Assembly: GCA_963715865.1 (NCBI GenBank)
Contig: OY970280.1
Location: forward strand, 736,001 to 800,000
From: Candidatus Bathyarchaeota archaeon
Lineage (GTDB): Archaea; Thermoproteota; Bathyarchaeia; Bathyarchaeales; Bathycorpusculaceae
Length of the DNA: 64,000 nucleotides
Direction of reading: 5' to 3'
A model generated the notes under the pieces. That model saw only the letters and a program-made list of their open reading frames with translations, searched no databases and was not told the origin of the DNA. Every line of letters starts with the position of its first letter. The first letter of the stretch is position 1. Shown here piece after piece: positions 36,217 to 45,710 of the stretch. A program made the translations under genes and the position numbers.

Positions 36217-37203
36217 TTATAGCTGATAGAGGTTTCCAACACTATTCCATACTAACGCATCTGGCAACGCTTGTGAAATGGCAAACATTGCTCGCCAACC
36301 AGTGCAGTGGGAAGGTACAATCAGTTCAGGGTTTATGCAAACTAACTCTTTAATAGGCAACTCGATTTTGTCTTCAAAGTCTTTTCCAGCCAAGTGAAAA
36401 CCACCCATAACAGCATAGACCTTCTCTACTCCGCTGATTTGCCTTGCATAGTTAATGGTGTTTATTATGCCTGCATGTGCACAGCCTGAGAGGATGACTA
36501 AGCCTTTTCCTTTAACGTTCATTACGATTGCACGGTCATCCATAATCAACGGGTCAGGTTGCCATGAACCGTTAACGAAGGATTTGTGATTCATAAGACC
36601 AGTTTCAAAGCTTGTTGTTCTCGGTATCTCACCTGTTACGCAAACACTGCTACCAGCTATCAGAAACGGTTGCTTTGTAAAGATAACTTTGGCTGAATTT
36701 AACTGTGCTTTATTTGGAAACTCAGCGTATTTCCTGATTGTTCCGTCTGAGTAAGCGGTTCTTCTATCTCTAAACATGTCTTCATGAACAATGATTGGCA
36801 AGCCCACTTTACCCACCGCTTTGACCGCTGATAACAAACCGCCGAAATGGTCGTAATGCCCATGAGACAAAACAATACAGCCAACTTCGCTTAGGCTCAT
36901 TCCCATCCTTTTGGCGTTTTCAATTATAGCTTCAGGGCTACCTCCAGTGTCAAATAGGATGCTCTCTGACTTGTCTTGGTTGAAAATTCTGATTAGCATT
37001 GAGAATCCATGTTCAGCAAATGGCAACTTGGCATGCTTGCTTGTCCATTCGCCGCCATACCGGTCTCTTGTCCATTGCATAAAGGATTGAACATGCTTAT
37101 TGTTTACAGTGGAAAGGAAATCTATTGAATTATCAACCAGGCTAATTATTTCCATGCGGTCAGTTTCTCTTATTTTAAAAGTTGAGGTTTTAGCTGCTTT
37201 CAA
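36217..37203 (-). CDS. MBL-fold metallo-hydrolase (COG1237-like)
   Basis: AEHGFS, LFDTG, LSHGHYDHFGG, SGCAHAG, GGFHL, PSHCTG. Confidence 0.9.
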   Translation of the reverse strand: MKAAKTSTFKIRETDRMEIISLVDNSIDFLSTVNNKHVQSFMQWTRDRYGGEWTSKHAKLPFAEHGFSMLIRIFNQDKSESILFDTGGSPEAIIENAKRMGMSLSEVGCIVLSHGHYDHFGGLLSAVKAVGKVGLPIIVHEDMFRDRRTAYSDGTIRKYAEFPNKAQLNSAKVIFTKQPFLIAGSSVCVTGEIPRTTSFETGLMNHKSFVNGSWQPDPLIMDDRAIVMNVKGKGLVILSGCAHAGIINTINYARQISGVEKVYAVMGGFHLAGKDFEDKIELPIKELVCINPELIVPSHCTGWRAMFAISQALPDALVWNSVGNLYQL

Positions 37204-37221
37204 TCGAGGAACACCTGCTTG

Positions 37222-37791
37222 TTATAGTGTGCCTTTGTAGTGGTTTGTTGCTGGGCAACCGACGCATTTCTGTGTTTCATATCGGTTGCAGGGATCACAG
37301 TCCACGTTGCATGGTGTGACCTTTTTTTCTTTGTGCGCTAGCGATTCTCTTATCTGAAGGAGCGGAGAAAAGTAAGTTTCGCTTACGGGATAGAATTCTG
37401 AGCGACGTATCCCTTTACTGCATCTGAGGGAACATTTTTCCATGGATATGCTCTCAAGGGTTTCTTGGGTTTCTGCAACGACAAGCGCTATCAAGTTGTA
37501 GCCGCCTACTGTTTTGAATATCTGGACTACTCTTGGGCACTCTTCGAATCGGTTGAGGAGGTCTTGCATTGCTTCTGCGCTTTCCATTTCCAGCATTACG
37601 ATTGCTGGATGCAGCTTGAGTACACTTGGATTGATTAGAGCTGATATTTTTATCGTTCCATTTTTTACGAGTTTTTCGAGCCGTTTCTTGGTTCCCATGC
37701 TTGTGAATCCAGTGGTTTTTGATAGTTCTTCAAGTGTTGTTCTTCCGTCTGCTTGAAGTTGTGTGATTATTTTCTTGTCAATCTCGTCCAA
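37222..37791 (-). CDS. Lrp/AsnC regulator with C-terminal Cys-rich extension
   Basis: DEIDKKIITQLQADGR HTH, RAM-like domain, then CNVDCDPC......CVGC. Confidence 0.88.
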   Translation of the reverse strand: MDEIDKKIITQLQADGRTTLEELSKTTGFTSMGTKKRLEKLVKNGTIKISALINPSVLKLHPAIVMLEMESAEAMQDLLNRFEECPRVVQIFKTVGGYNLIALVVAETQETLESISMEKCSLRCSKGIRRSEFYPVSETYFSPLLQIRESLAHKEKKVTPCNVDCDPCNRYETQKCVGCPATNHYKGTL

Positions 37792-37803
37792 ACTAATCGC
37801 GCC

Positions 37804-37854
37804 TGTTTATTTTATAAACATAAACTATTAATAAGGTTTAGGTATTAAACTATT
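37804..37854. promoter_or_regulatory. Palindrome TGTTTAT-TTT-ATAAACA plus TAAACTATT direct repeat in the Lrp/Mrp divergent promoter
   Basis: Perfect 7-bp inverted repeat at 37804-37820; TAAACTATT at 37821 and 37846. Confidence 0.5.
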
Positions 37855-37876
37855 TCCACGTTAAACCGGTGAAAAA

Positions 37877-38836
37877 ATGAGGAATCTCACGAAGCAGATA
37901 AACGTTCCAGAAGAATGTGATGGAAAATGCGATTCATGCTCAACATCCGACGGATGCAACGACCAAAGAAAGAAACAATTTGAAGAAGAGCAAAAACTTA
38001 GACTTAAACTAAACAAGATTAAGCACAAGATAGCCATAATAAGCGGTAAAGGAGGCGTTGGCAAGAGCACCGTAACCGCAAACCTCGCCATGGCTTTTGC
38101 GATGCAAGGACACAAAGATAAAGTCGGTGTACTCGACGCAGATATTCACGGTCCGTGTATTCCAAAGATGCTAGGCCTCAAAGGACGAACGCTAATAGGT
38201 GGACCTGGTGGAATGTTGTTTCCAGTTACCGGCAGACTAGGGATAAAAGTTGTATCCATGGACTTTTTGCTTCCAAATGATGAGGCGCCAGTGATTTGGC
38301 GCGGTCCGTTAAAAATGAGAGTTATCCAGCAATTCTTATCTGATGTAACGTGGGGAGAACTCGACTATCTGTTCATAGACCTTCCGCCTGGAACCGGAGA
38401 TGAACCCCTTAGTGTTATGCAGTTGATTCCAGAAATGGACGGCGTAATAATAGTTACAATGCCCTCCGAAGTCTCTGAGGGAGTGGTTAAGAAGGCTGTT
38501 ACGTTCGCTAAACAGATAGGCGTTCCCATAATCGGCGTAGTTGAGAACATGAGTGGTTTTGTCTGTCCAGACTGCGGAGCAAAAGTAAACATTTTCAAAA
38601 CTGGTGGAGGCAAAAAGATAGCCGAAGACCTATCGGTTCCTTACCTCGGCAGTATTCCAATAGACCCTAAGGTGTGCAACGACTCAGATAATGGTGTGCC
38701 TTTCATAGCTGAAAACAAAGCTTCGCTTGCAACTAAAGCGTTCATGGAAATTGTCAAAAAGATTGAGCAATTCTTAGAAAATGAAGAAACTGCAAATGGA
38801 CACGCGAAAGGCCCGCGAAACCAAGGAAGTGATTAA
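37877..38836 (+). CDS. Mrp/ApbC/NBP35 Fe-S carrier ATPase
   Basis: N-terminal CDGKCDSC.....C, SGKGGVGKST, DADIHGP, VIWRGP, DLPPGTGDE, ENMSGFVCPDC. Confidence 0.95.
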   Translation: MRNLTKQINVPEECDGKCDSCSTSDGCNDQRKKQFEEEQKLRLKLNKIKHKIAIISGKGGVGKSTVTANLAMAFAMQGHKDKVGVLDADIHGPCIPKMLGLKGRTLIGGPGGMLFPVTGRLGIKVVSMDFLLPNDEAPVIWRGPLKMRVIQQFLSDVTWGELDYLFIDLPPGTGDEPLSVMQLIPEMDGVIIVTMPSEVSEGVVKKAVTFAKQIGVPIIGVVENMSGFVCPDCGAKVNIFKTGGGKKIAEDLSVPYLGSIPIDPKVCNDSDNGVPFIAENKASLATKAFMEIVKKIEQFLENEETANGHAKGPRNQGSD

Positions 38837-39232
38837 ATGAAAATATGTGTAAGCGCAACAGCAAACAATTTAGAAGCCCAACTAGACCCTCGATTCGGTA
38901 GATGCGCCTACCTGCTAATTGTAGATTCTGAAACAATGCAGTTTGAAGCCATTCCAAACATGGCTGCGGGCGCAACAGGCGGTGCAGGGATTCAAGCAGC
39001 TCAAACAATAGCGAACAAGGGTGTCAAAGTGGTCATAACAGGAAATGTTGGACCTAACGCCTTCGGAGCGTTGTCAGCAGCTGGCATAGAAATTGTGACT
39101 GGCGCGTTTGGAACTGTCAGAGAGGTTGTTGAGAAGTTCAAGAGAGGCGAGCTGCAGAGAACTGGTGCACCTACTGTTGGTGGACATTTCGGAATGGGTA
39201 GAGGGCGAGGTGGAAGAAGATGGAGCGCATAA
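38837..39232 (+). CDS. NifB/NifX-family (FeMo-co-binding-like) protein with Gly/Arg tail
   Basis: RFGRCAY, GAGIQAAQ, VITGNVGPNA; ends GHFGMGRGRGGRRW. Confidence 0.9.
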   Translation: MKICVSATANNLEAQLDPRFGRCAYLLIVDSETMQFEAIPNMAAGATGGAGIQAAQTIANKGVKVVITGNVGPNAFGALSAAGIEIVTGAFGTVREVVEKFKRGELQRTGAPTVGGHFGMGRGRGGRRWSA

Positions 39233-39291
39233 ACAAATTGAACGTAGTTAGACCAAGCAAACTAACATCTTTTGGCGAGGAGGTGAGGTAA

Positions 39292-39666
39292 TTGACAGAT
39301 AGAATAGTAATCCCTACGGAAGATCAAAATGGCTTGAACGCTCGTTTAGCAGAGCATTTTGGAAGAACTCCATATTATACCGTTGTTGACTTTGATGAGA
39401 ATGGTGAAGTTTCAAACGTTAAGACTGTTCCAAACGTTAGCGAACATGCTGGTGGAACTGGATACGCGCATGATCAAATCGTGGAGTTGAAGCCAAACGC
39501 GATCGTAGTTTACGGAATGGGACCGAGGGGATTGAGCACTTTCCAAAGCGCTGGAGTTGAAGTGTTAAAAGCCAATGCAAATACGGTCAGCGAAGTGGTT
39601 GCCGCGTATAAAGAAGACAAGCTCCAAGAGCTTACAGAAGGCTGCGAGCATGCACATCACCATTAA
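39292..39666 (+). CDS. NifB/NifX-family protein with His tail
   Basis: EHFGRTPYY, GMGPRG; ends GCEHAHHH. Confidence 0.9.
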   Translation: MTDRIVIPTEDQNGLNARLAEHFGRTPYYTVVDFDENGEVSNVKTVPNVSEHAGGTGYAHDQIVELKPNAIVVYGMGPRGLSTFQSAGVEVLKANANTVSEVVAAYKEDKLQELTEGCEHAHHH

Positions 39667-39683
39667 GGCAGAAGCTGAGCGCG

Positions 39684-40139
39684 ATGACGTATGGTTGTGT
39701 AGGTGAGAGAACGTCAAGGAAACTATCAGAAGAAGAACTAAAACTGATGATAGAGTCAGGGTATTCCAAGAAAGCAATCGAACTATACATGAACAACGTT
39801 AACGTGGGAACATTGGAAACCCCAAGCGTTGCCACCACTTTTCTTGGTCCATGCGGCGACCTCGTTAAGCTATATCTAAGAATTAGCAGAAGGAACGTTA
39901 TAGAAGAAGCCAAGTTCTACTACCTAGGCTGTCCAGGTTCAGCTGCTTCGGCATCTGCAATGACCACGCTCCTGAAGGGCAAGACTCTTAATCAGGCAAA
40001 GAAGATGACAGAAGATGATTTATTGGTTGAACTTGGAGGTTTACCAAAGTCAAAGCTTGACTGTGCAAAACTATCCATAAAAACTCTGCGAAAAGCCATT
40101 GCTGAATACGAGAAACAAAAAGGTAGCTCAGAAATATAG
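39684..40139 (+). CDS. IscU/NifU N-terminal-like scaffold protein
   Basis: GPCGD..KLYL, LGCPGSAASAS, KLDCA (three Cys). Confidence 0.85.
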   Translation: MTYGCVGERTSRKLSEEELKLMIESGYSKKAIELYMNNVNVGTLETPSVATTFLGPCGDLVKLYLRISRRNVIEEAKFYYLGCPGSAASASAMTTLLKGKTLNQAKKMTEDDLLVELGGLPKSKLDCAKLSIKTLRKAIAEYEKQKGSSEI

Positions 40140-40183
40140 CCAATTTTCCATTTTTTCCTAAGTGTCTTTCAGGAGATAATTAA

Positions 40184-41020
40184 ATGATTGTGACAGTTGC
40201 TAGTGGTAAAGGAGGCACCGGAAAAACATCAGTAGCTGTGAACATGGCTCTTTCAGTAGGTAACGTTCAACTTCTAGACTGTGACGTTGAAGAACCGAAC
40301 GCCCATTTACTCTTACACCCAGACCTGCAAAAAATGGAGCCTGTTTACAGTTTGATTCCGCTTGTAAACGAAGAACTGTGCAGTCATTGCGGAGAATGTG
40401 CCAAATTCTGCCAGTGCAACGCTATATTTGCAACCGCCGAGAAAACTCTTGTCTTCCCAGAGCTTTGTCACAGCTGCGGCGGATGCGCCATGGTCTGTCC
40501 CAAAAAAGCAATCACTTGGGAAAAGCATAGAATTGGCGCTCTGAAGTTTGGTTCAGTTGGAGACTTGGAGCTTGTTTATGGGGAACTTGAAATAGGGAAG
40601 CCTATGGCGGTTCCAGTTATAAAGGCCGTCAAAAAGCAGATCAGAGAGGACGAAAATGTGATTCTTGATTCTCCACCTGGGACTTCGTGTCCTTTCGTGG
40701 AAACTGTTAGGGGTAGCGATTTCTGCGTTCTCGTGACTGAGCCTACGCCTTTTGGTCTGCACGACCTAAAGATAGCTATTGAGGTTTTGAAAAAAATTGG
40801 TATTCCTTTTGGTGTCGTCGTTAACCGTGCAGGCATCGGCGATAAAGCAGTTTACGATTACTGCAGAGAAGAGAGTATCCGCGTACTGCTGGAAATTCCC
40901 TATCAAAGAAGAATAGCGGAGCTCTATTCAAGAGGCGTTCCATTCAGCTTGGAAATGCCTGAATGGGAAGAGAAGTTTCAAACGCTCTACAGCGAAATAA
41001 GGAGGTCTGTCAGTCGATAA
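40184..41020 (+). CDS. MinD-superfamily P-loop ATPase with inserted 2x[4Fe-4S] ferredoxin (COG1149-like)
   Basis: SGKGGTGKT, DCDVEEPN, CSHCGEC..C, CHSCGGC..CP, DSPPGTSCP, EPTPFGLHDL. Confidence 0.92.
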   Translation: MIVTVASGKGGTGKTSVAVNMALSVGNVQLLDCDVEEPNAHLLLHPDLQKMEPVYSLIPLVNEELCSHCGECAKFCQCNAIFATAEKTLVFPELCHSCGGCAMVCPKKAITWEKHRIGALKFGSVGDLELVYGELEIGKPMAVPVIKAVKKQIREDENVILDSPPGTSCPFVETVRGSDFCVLVTEPTPFGLHDLKIAIEVLKKIGIPFGVVVNRAGIGDKAVYDYCREESIRVLLEIPYQRRIAELYSRGVPFSLEMPEWEEKFQTLYSEIRRSVSR

Positions 41021-41880
41021 AGCAGTTAACGATTTTAAGCGGCAAGGGTGGTACTGGCAAAACATCAATAACCGCTTCGTTTGCTGTTCTGGCGAAAAAC
41101 GCTGTTGTGGCAGATTGCGATGTGGATGCACCTGACCTTCATATGCTTCTGCATCCTGAGGTAATTAAAACGCAAGAGTTCATAGGTTCAAAGGCGGCTG
41201 TCATTGACAAAGCAAAGTGTATTGACTGCGGTTTATGCAGAGAAAACTGCCACTTTAACGCCATAACCAGCGATTTGAAAGTTGACGTTATTGCCTGTGA
41301 GGGATGTGGTGTCTGTGCAGTCGCTTGCCCAGCTGATGCCATAGCTTTTATCCAAAGAATCTCTGGAAACGCCTACCTTTCAAAGACGAAATACGGCTTC
41401 ATGTCACACGCCCTGCTCCATCCAGGCGAATCCAATTCGGGAAAACTCGTCACTCTGGTCCGGCAAAACGCCAGAATTTTGGCTGAAAAAGAAGGATGTG
41501 ATTTGATTATAATTGATGGTTCACCGGGAATTGGCTGTCCTGTTATATCTTCTATTACAGGGGTGGATGCTGCATTGGTGGTTACGGAGCCTACCATGTC
41601 GGGCATCCATGATCTTGAAAGGGTCTTGACACTGCTTGATCACTTTAATGTTGCTCCTTTTGTTTGCGTAAACATGTACGATATAAACGTAGACAACACA
41701 AACAAAATCTTGAATTTCTGCAAAGAAAACGGAATTGGCGTTGTGGGTATTATTCCTTTTAATCCTGAAGTTACTCAGGCGATGGTTAACGGAAAAACCA
41801 TTGTTGAATACTCCCAAGAAAGCAATGCAGCAAAAGAAATAACGAGTATGTGGAAAAAGATTCTGCAATCTATGAACTGA
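41017..41880 (+). CDS. Second ferredoxin-MinD P-loop ATPase (COG1149-like); probable ATA start
   Basis: SGKGGTGKT, DCDVDAPDL, CIDCGLC, CEGCGVC..CP, DGSPGIGCP, EPTMSGIHDL. Alternative ATG at 40963. Confidence 0.9.
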   Translation: MKQLTILSGKGGTGKTSITASFAVLAKNAVVADCDVDAPDLHMLLHPEVIKTQEFIGSKAAVIDKAKCIDCGLCRENCHFNAITSDLKVDVIACEGCGVCAVACPADAIAFIQRISGNAYLSKTKYGFMSHALLHPGESNSGKLVTLVRQNARILAEKEGCDLIIIDGSPGIGCPVISSITGVDAALVVTEPTMSGIHDLERVLTLLDHFNVAPFVCVNMYDINVDNTNKILNFCKENGIGVVGIIPFNPEVTQAMVNGKTIVEYSQESNAAKEITSMWKKILQSMN

Positions 41881-41923
41881 AAAATAGCGCGATAATTCTC
41901 GTTTTCGAAGAGCAAGGAATAAG

Positions 41924-42265
41924 CTATTTCATTTCCGTATCGTTTTGCGTGTCCTTGTTTGGAGTAGACGTAACTATGTAGATTGGTCTTCCTTCACTGA
42001 GGGCTTGCGCCGCCTTCCTTCTTGCACTTTGAACAAGCCTCCAGATGGTCCCTCTTGAGATACTCATTCTTTGCCCAGCCTCTTCCTGTGACAAACCCTC
42101 CATGTCTACCAGCCTGAAGGCTTCAACTTCCGCAAATTCAATGAAAACTGGTTCCAAATTCCTTGACGGATTAGGCGTAAAGCTGGTTATGGGCGGAATA
42201 ACCCCTAAGGTAACGGGTTTTGGAAATCTCCCTCTTCTACCGTATCTGTGTCTTCCTCGCCACAT
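41924..42265 (-). CDS. DUF134-family HTH protein
   Basis: RGRFPKP, EVEAFRLVD.EGLSQEEA..RMSISRGTIWR...SARRK.A.AL.EG; ATG 42265. Confidence 0.88.
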   Translation of the reverse strand: MWRGRHRYGRRGRFPKPVTLGVIPPITSFTPNPSRNLEPVFIEFAEVEAFRLVDMEGLSQEEAGQRMSISRGTIWRLVQSARRKAAQALSEGRPIYIVTSTPNKDTQNDTEMK

Positions 42266-42604
42266 CGTAGATTTTCTCCTACTTCCAAATTGTTTGCTTT
42301 CGCTTAGTACGTTAATAGACTTTTGGTCTCTTCGAGAACCCACTCCAAGGCTTGTTTCGCTGCTTTTCTAGCGATGGTTTCAAACTCGGTGAATGGTCCA
42401 CCGGTTAGCGTCTCATTTTCAAGATCCCTTAAACGTTTTCTGATTTCTTGCTCTGTTCTCATATTCTTCACGTTTGATGCTTTGCCGAGTTACGCTCGGT
42501 TCATAAATCTTATGTTATGCAGAACTTTTATATATTTCTGTGCACTGTCACATTAATTGATTGTGTGCATAAACACAAAAATAATCTTGGAGGTGAAATT
42601 AAAA

Positions 42605-42970
42605 ATGGGATGGAGAAGAAGAGCATATTTTGATCAGTGTCTCGGCAGAGGACCCTTCAGCCACTTGCCACCATGGCAAAGACCAGGACGTGCATACGGC
42701 GGCAGAGGCTATGGCAGAGGATTGGGCGCTGACCCACGAGCATGTATAAGGTATCCGTGGCTCCCAAGATGGTGGTGGGCAGACCCAACATACGCATATC
42801 AGCTTCCAGCGCCTACGCCACAAGATGAAATAGCAGCGCTAGAAGACTCCAAAAAGGAAATTGAAGAAGAGAAAGCCAGCATAGAGCAAGAAATCAACGA
42901 CATAGAAACGCAGCTAAAAGAGCTAAAATCCAAGCTTGAACCAGAGAAAAAACAACCTACAGGACAGTGA
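42605..42970 (+). CDS. DUF5320-like Gly/Arg-rich protein with C-terminal coiled coil
   Basis: GGAGGTGA RBS; GRGP...PGRAYGGRGYGRG; acidic coiled coil. Confidence 0.75.
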   Translation: MGWRRRAYFDQCLGRGPFSHLPPWQRPGRAYGGRGYGRGLGADPRACIRYPWLPRWWWADPTYAYQLPAPTPQDEIAALEDSKKEIEEEKASIEQEINDIETQLKELKSKLEPEKKQPTGQ

Positions 42971-43043
42971 CAATGTCAAGTTTATTAGCCGAATGTTTCT
43001 CAACATTTCAATACTGCGAACGAAGAATTGGAGGCATAGAAAT

Positions 43044-43325
43044 TTGCTGTCAAAAATTCCAATAAATCTTGAAAGAATAGCAAAAGAAGACTTGGACAAA
43101 GAAATACTCAGAGCAGCAATAGTCGCTGAATTAGATGCTGTAAGCCTTTACGAACAGATGGCAGCGTTAACCGAAAATAAACACATAAAAACGGTCCTAT
43201 TGGATATAGCCAAGGAAGAAAAGACACATGTTGGAGAATTCCAAGCCCTGCTGCTGACGATTGACAAACAACAGGAAAAAGAATTGGCTGAAGGCAAAAA
43301 AGAAGTTGAAGAATTAATTAGTTAG
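43044..43325 (+). CDS. Encapsulated-ferritin-like (EncFtn-type) half-ferritin
   Basis: ILRAAIVAELDAVSLYEQ...DIAKEEKTHVGEF..LL...D; TTG start after GGAGG. Confidence 0.85.
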   Translation: MLSKIPINLERIAKEDLDKEILRAAIVAELDAVSLYEQMAALTENKHIKTVLLDIAKEEKTHVGEFQALLLTIDKQQEKELAEGKKEVEELIS

Positions 43326-43497
43326 ATTGGTGCTAGGCGTAATTTGTCCAAGCAGCAAATTCTCCCCTTTCTTAGATAGCAATTAAGCTTTCACCCTTTA
43401 AATGATTAGATGCAGAGTTACCGTCTTAAAAAGAAAATAAGAGTGTATTTAGGCAGGTAAATATGCAGATACAGATGGAAACCTAGGAGGTTCATAG

Positions 43498-44763
43498 ATG
43501 AACGAGAAAAGAATACCCCTCAGAAAGGGAGAAGAAGCAGCGAGGCTTTCCACCATTATTCTTCTAACACTCGGTATTTTGAAAGGAATCACGTCCATTG
43601 CAAGTGGTAGCGTTGCCCTCTTGGCGGGCACAATCGACTCATTCTCGGATGTTTTCTCTTCAATAGCTGTGTGGGCTGGACTCAACATTGCAAAGAGAAA
43701 ACCGACCGAGAGATTTCCTTACGGATACTACAAGGCAGAAACTTTTGCGTTGCTAATAGTGTCTTTGATAATCGTGGCATCCAGCGTTTTGATCATGTTT
43801 GAGTCTTTTCAGAAGTTTTTTGAGGTCTATGTTATTTCATTTTCGGACCTAGCGCTTGCTGTGTCAGCGTTGTCAGCGGTTGTTTATTATCTGCTTGCTA
43901 AATACAAGGCGAGAGTAGGGCGCCAAATTGGTTCGCAAGCTTTGATCAGCGAAGGTTTGCATTCTATGGTAGACGTTTACGCTTCTGTGTTGGTTTTCGT
44001 TGGGGTTTTCCTGGGTGTATTTGGTTATCCGGTTGGTGAGGCTCTGATTGGCTTCATGATTGGTTTGTATGTGCTGGCAAGAGGATTATGGTTCGGAAAA
44101 GATGCAGTGCTGGTTTTGATGGATGTTTCACCCAGTCCACAAAGGGTCAAGGAAATGAGGGAAATAGCTGAAAGTGTTCACGGAGTTAGGGGGACCCATG
44201 AGATTAGGTTGCGAAAATCCGGTCCTGTGTTCTTTGGCGAGATGCATGTGGAATTGCAAGAAGGGCTATCTTTGGAAAGAGCGCACGTGATATCGGAGGA
44301 GGTTGAAGCAAGAATTAAGGAACATTTCAAAGACTTGGAGTTAGTTACTGTACATGTAGGGCTTGCGCATAGGAAAAAGACGAGGATTGCTATTCCAATA
44401 GTGGAAGACAAAGGCTTAGAATCATCGGTTAGTCTTCATTTTGGAAGTGCACCTTATTTTGCCTTCGTAGACGTTGAAGAAGGACAAATAGTAAGTTCCT
44501 ACGTTAAGGAGAATGAAGGAGCAAAATTGTCTCATAAGAAGGGCATACAAGCCGCCCACCTCTTGGTTGAAGAAAATGTTGATGTGGCACTGGCGGGGGA
44601 TGTTGGAGAAGGTCCATTCCACGTATTAGGAGACAATCTAATACAGATTTATTCTATCCCTAAATCTATGGAAATAAGAGAGGCAGTTAACCTCTTAAAT
44701 AAAACCTTGTTAGAAAGAATGACTTCGCCGACTGAAAAGTCTGATGAGGATAAAATTGAATGA
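43498..44763 (+). CDS. Cation diffusion facilitator fused to C-terminal NifB/NifX domain
   Basis: DSFSD, FPYGY.K.E, HSMVD, dimerisation domain, then SLHFGSAPYF...HKKGIQAA. Confidence 0.92.
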   Translation: MNEKRIPLRKGEEAARLSTIILLTLGILKGITSIASGSVALLAGTIDSFSDVFSSIAVWAGLNIAKRKPTERFPYGYYKAETFALLIVSLIIVASSVLIMFESFQKFFEVYVISFSDLALAVSALSAVVYYLLAKYKARVGRQIGSQALISEGLHSMVDVYASVLVFVGVFLGVFGYPVGEALIGFMIGLYVLARGLWFGKDAVLVLMDVSPSPQRVKEMREIAESVHGVRGTHEIRLRKSGPVFFGEMHVELQEGLSLERAHVISEEVEARIKEHFKDLELVTVHVGLAHRKKTRIAIPIVEDKGLESSVSLHFGSAPYFAFVDVEEGQIVSSYVKENEGAKLSHKKGIQAAHLLVEENVDVALAGDVGEGPFHVLGDNLIQIYSIPKSMEIREAVNLLNKTLLERMTSPTEKSDEDKIE

Positions 44764-45045
44764 CAACCAAGCATTTTGCCAATCAAAATTAAAACTTAAC
44801 TCTGGACAGCACATGACCCACATGGCAACTGGTCTTTCCCTAACACAAGGCTGGAAGATTAGGCAAGCAATCACAAGGTCGAGATTTCAAATATGATGAT
44901 AAATGTATAATGACTAATTCCACTCGAAGAAAGCGGACTAAGTGATAGACTTATGAGAACATTCACTATGAATGCTAATTATCTAAAACATAAACAGCTA
45001 AGCTTAAATTGTAAGCATACTAAGAAAGGGGCTGGTGAATAAGAA

Positions 45046-45462
45046 ATGCCCAAAGTTAAGGCAAAAGCAACATGGGTTGAGAACGTTCGCTCAATCGTAG
45101 ATAACCAAAGAACTCATAGCGTCGTCTGCGACCTCTCGACGGTTGCGGGCGGAACCGACAGTGGTCCTACAGCGTTAGAATTGACTTTAATGGCTTTAGC
45201 TGACTGCGGCGTAACCATTTTCGCGGATGTTTGCAAAAAAAGCAACATCCAACCAGACAAAGTTGATGTTACTGTTGAAGCTGAAAAATCTCCAGATTCA
45301 CCAATCATAACTGGTGTCAGCATGAAAGTTAACGTTTCATCGAAGACGAGGAAAGAACTTTTAGACGCTGCTTGGAGAAGAACTGAAGCAAACTGTCCAG
45401 TGCTGTCTATTTTCAAGGAACCTATATCCGTTAAGGTTGAGTTTGAAGCAAAACAAGAATAA
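45046..45462 (+). CDS. OsmC-family protein
   Basis: GGTDSGPTALEL.L.ALADC, ANCPV. Confidence 0.88.
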   Translation: MPKVKAKATWVENVRSIVDNQRTHSVVCDLSTVAGGTDSGPTALELTLMALADCGVTIFADVCKKSNIQPDKVDVTVEAEKSPDSPIITGVSMKVNVSSKTRKELLDAAWRRTEANCPVLSIFKEPISVKVEFEAKQE

Positions 45463-45710
45463 ATTTGTTTTTTTTCTTTTTTTAACTGCCTGGAGATTAA
45501 AGCAGTCGCCAACATTTACGTTATTGATATTGCAGCGTTATTCTTGTTTACTCTTGTATTTCTAGCCATAGCTACTGCTGTACTCAAAAAAAGACTCACC
45601 TGACAACAAGTTAACCTGTGGCGGTTTGCCAAGCGCAACTTAAATTGAGATTAGCAGCAATAGTTCTGAAAGAAAAGTGACAACAGACATTTTACGGCTC
45701 TAAATGTAAA

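Noticed and set aside
38837-40139. Nitrogen fixation genes
   Set aside because: NifX/NifU-like domains only; no nifHDK, and these domains are widespread in non-diazotrophs.
44764-45045. Possible gene relic between the CDF and OsmC genes
   Set aside because: No frame gave a recognisable motif.
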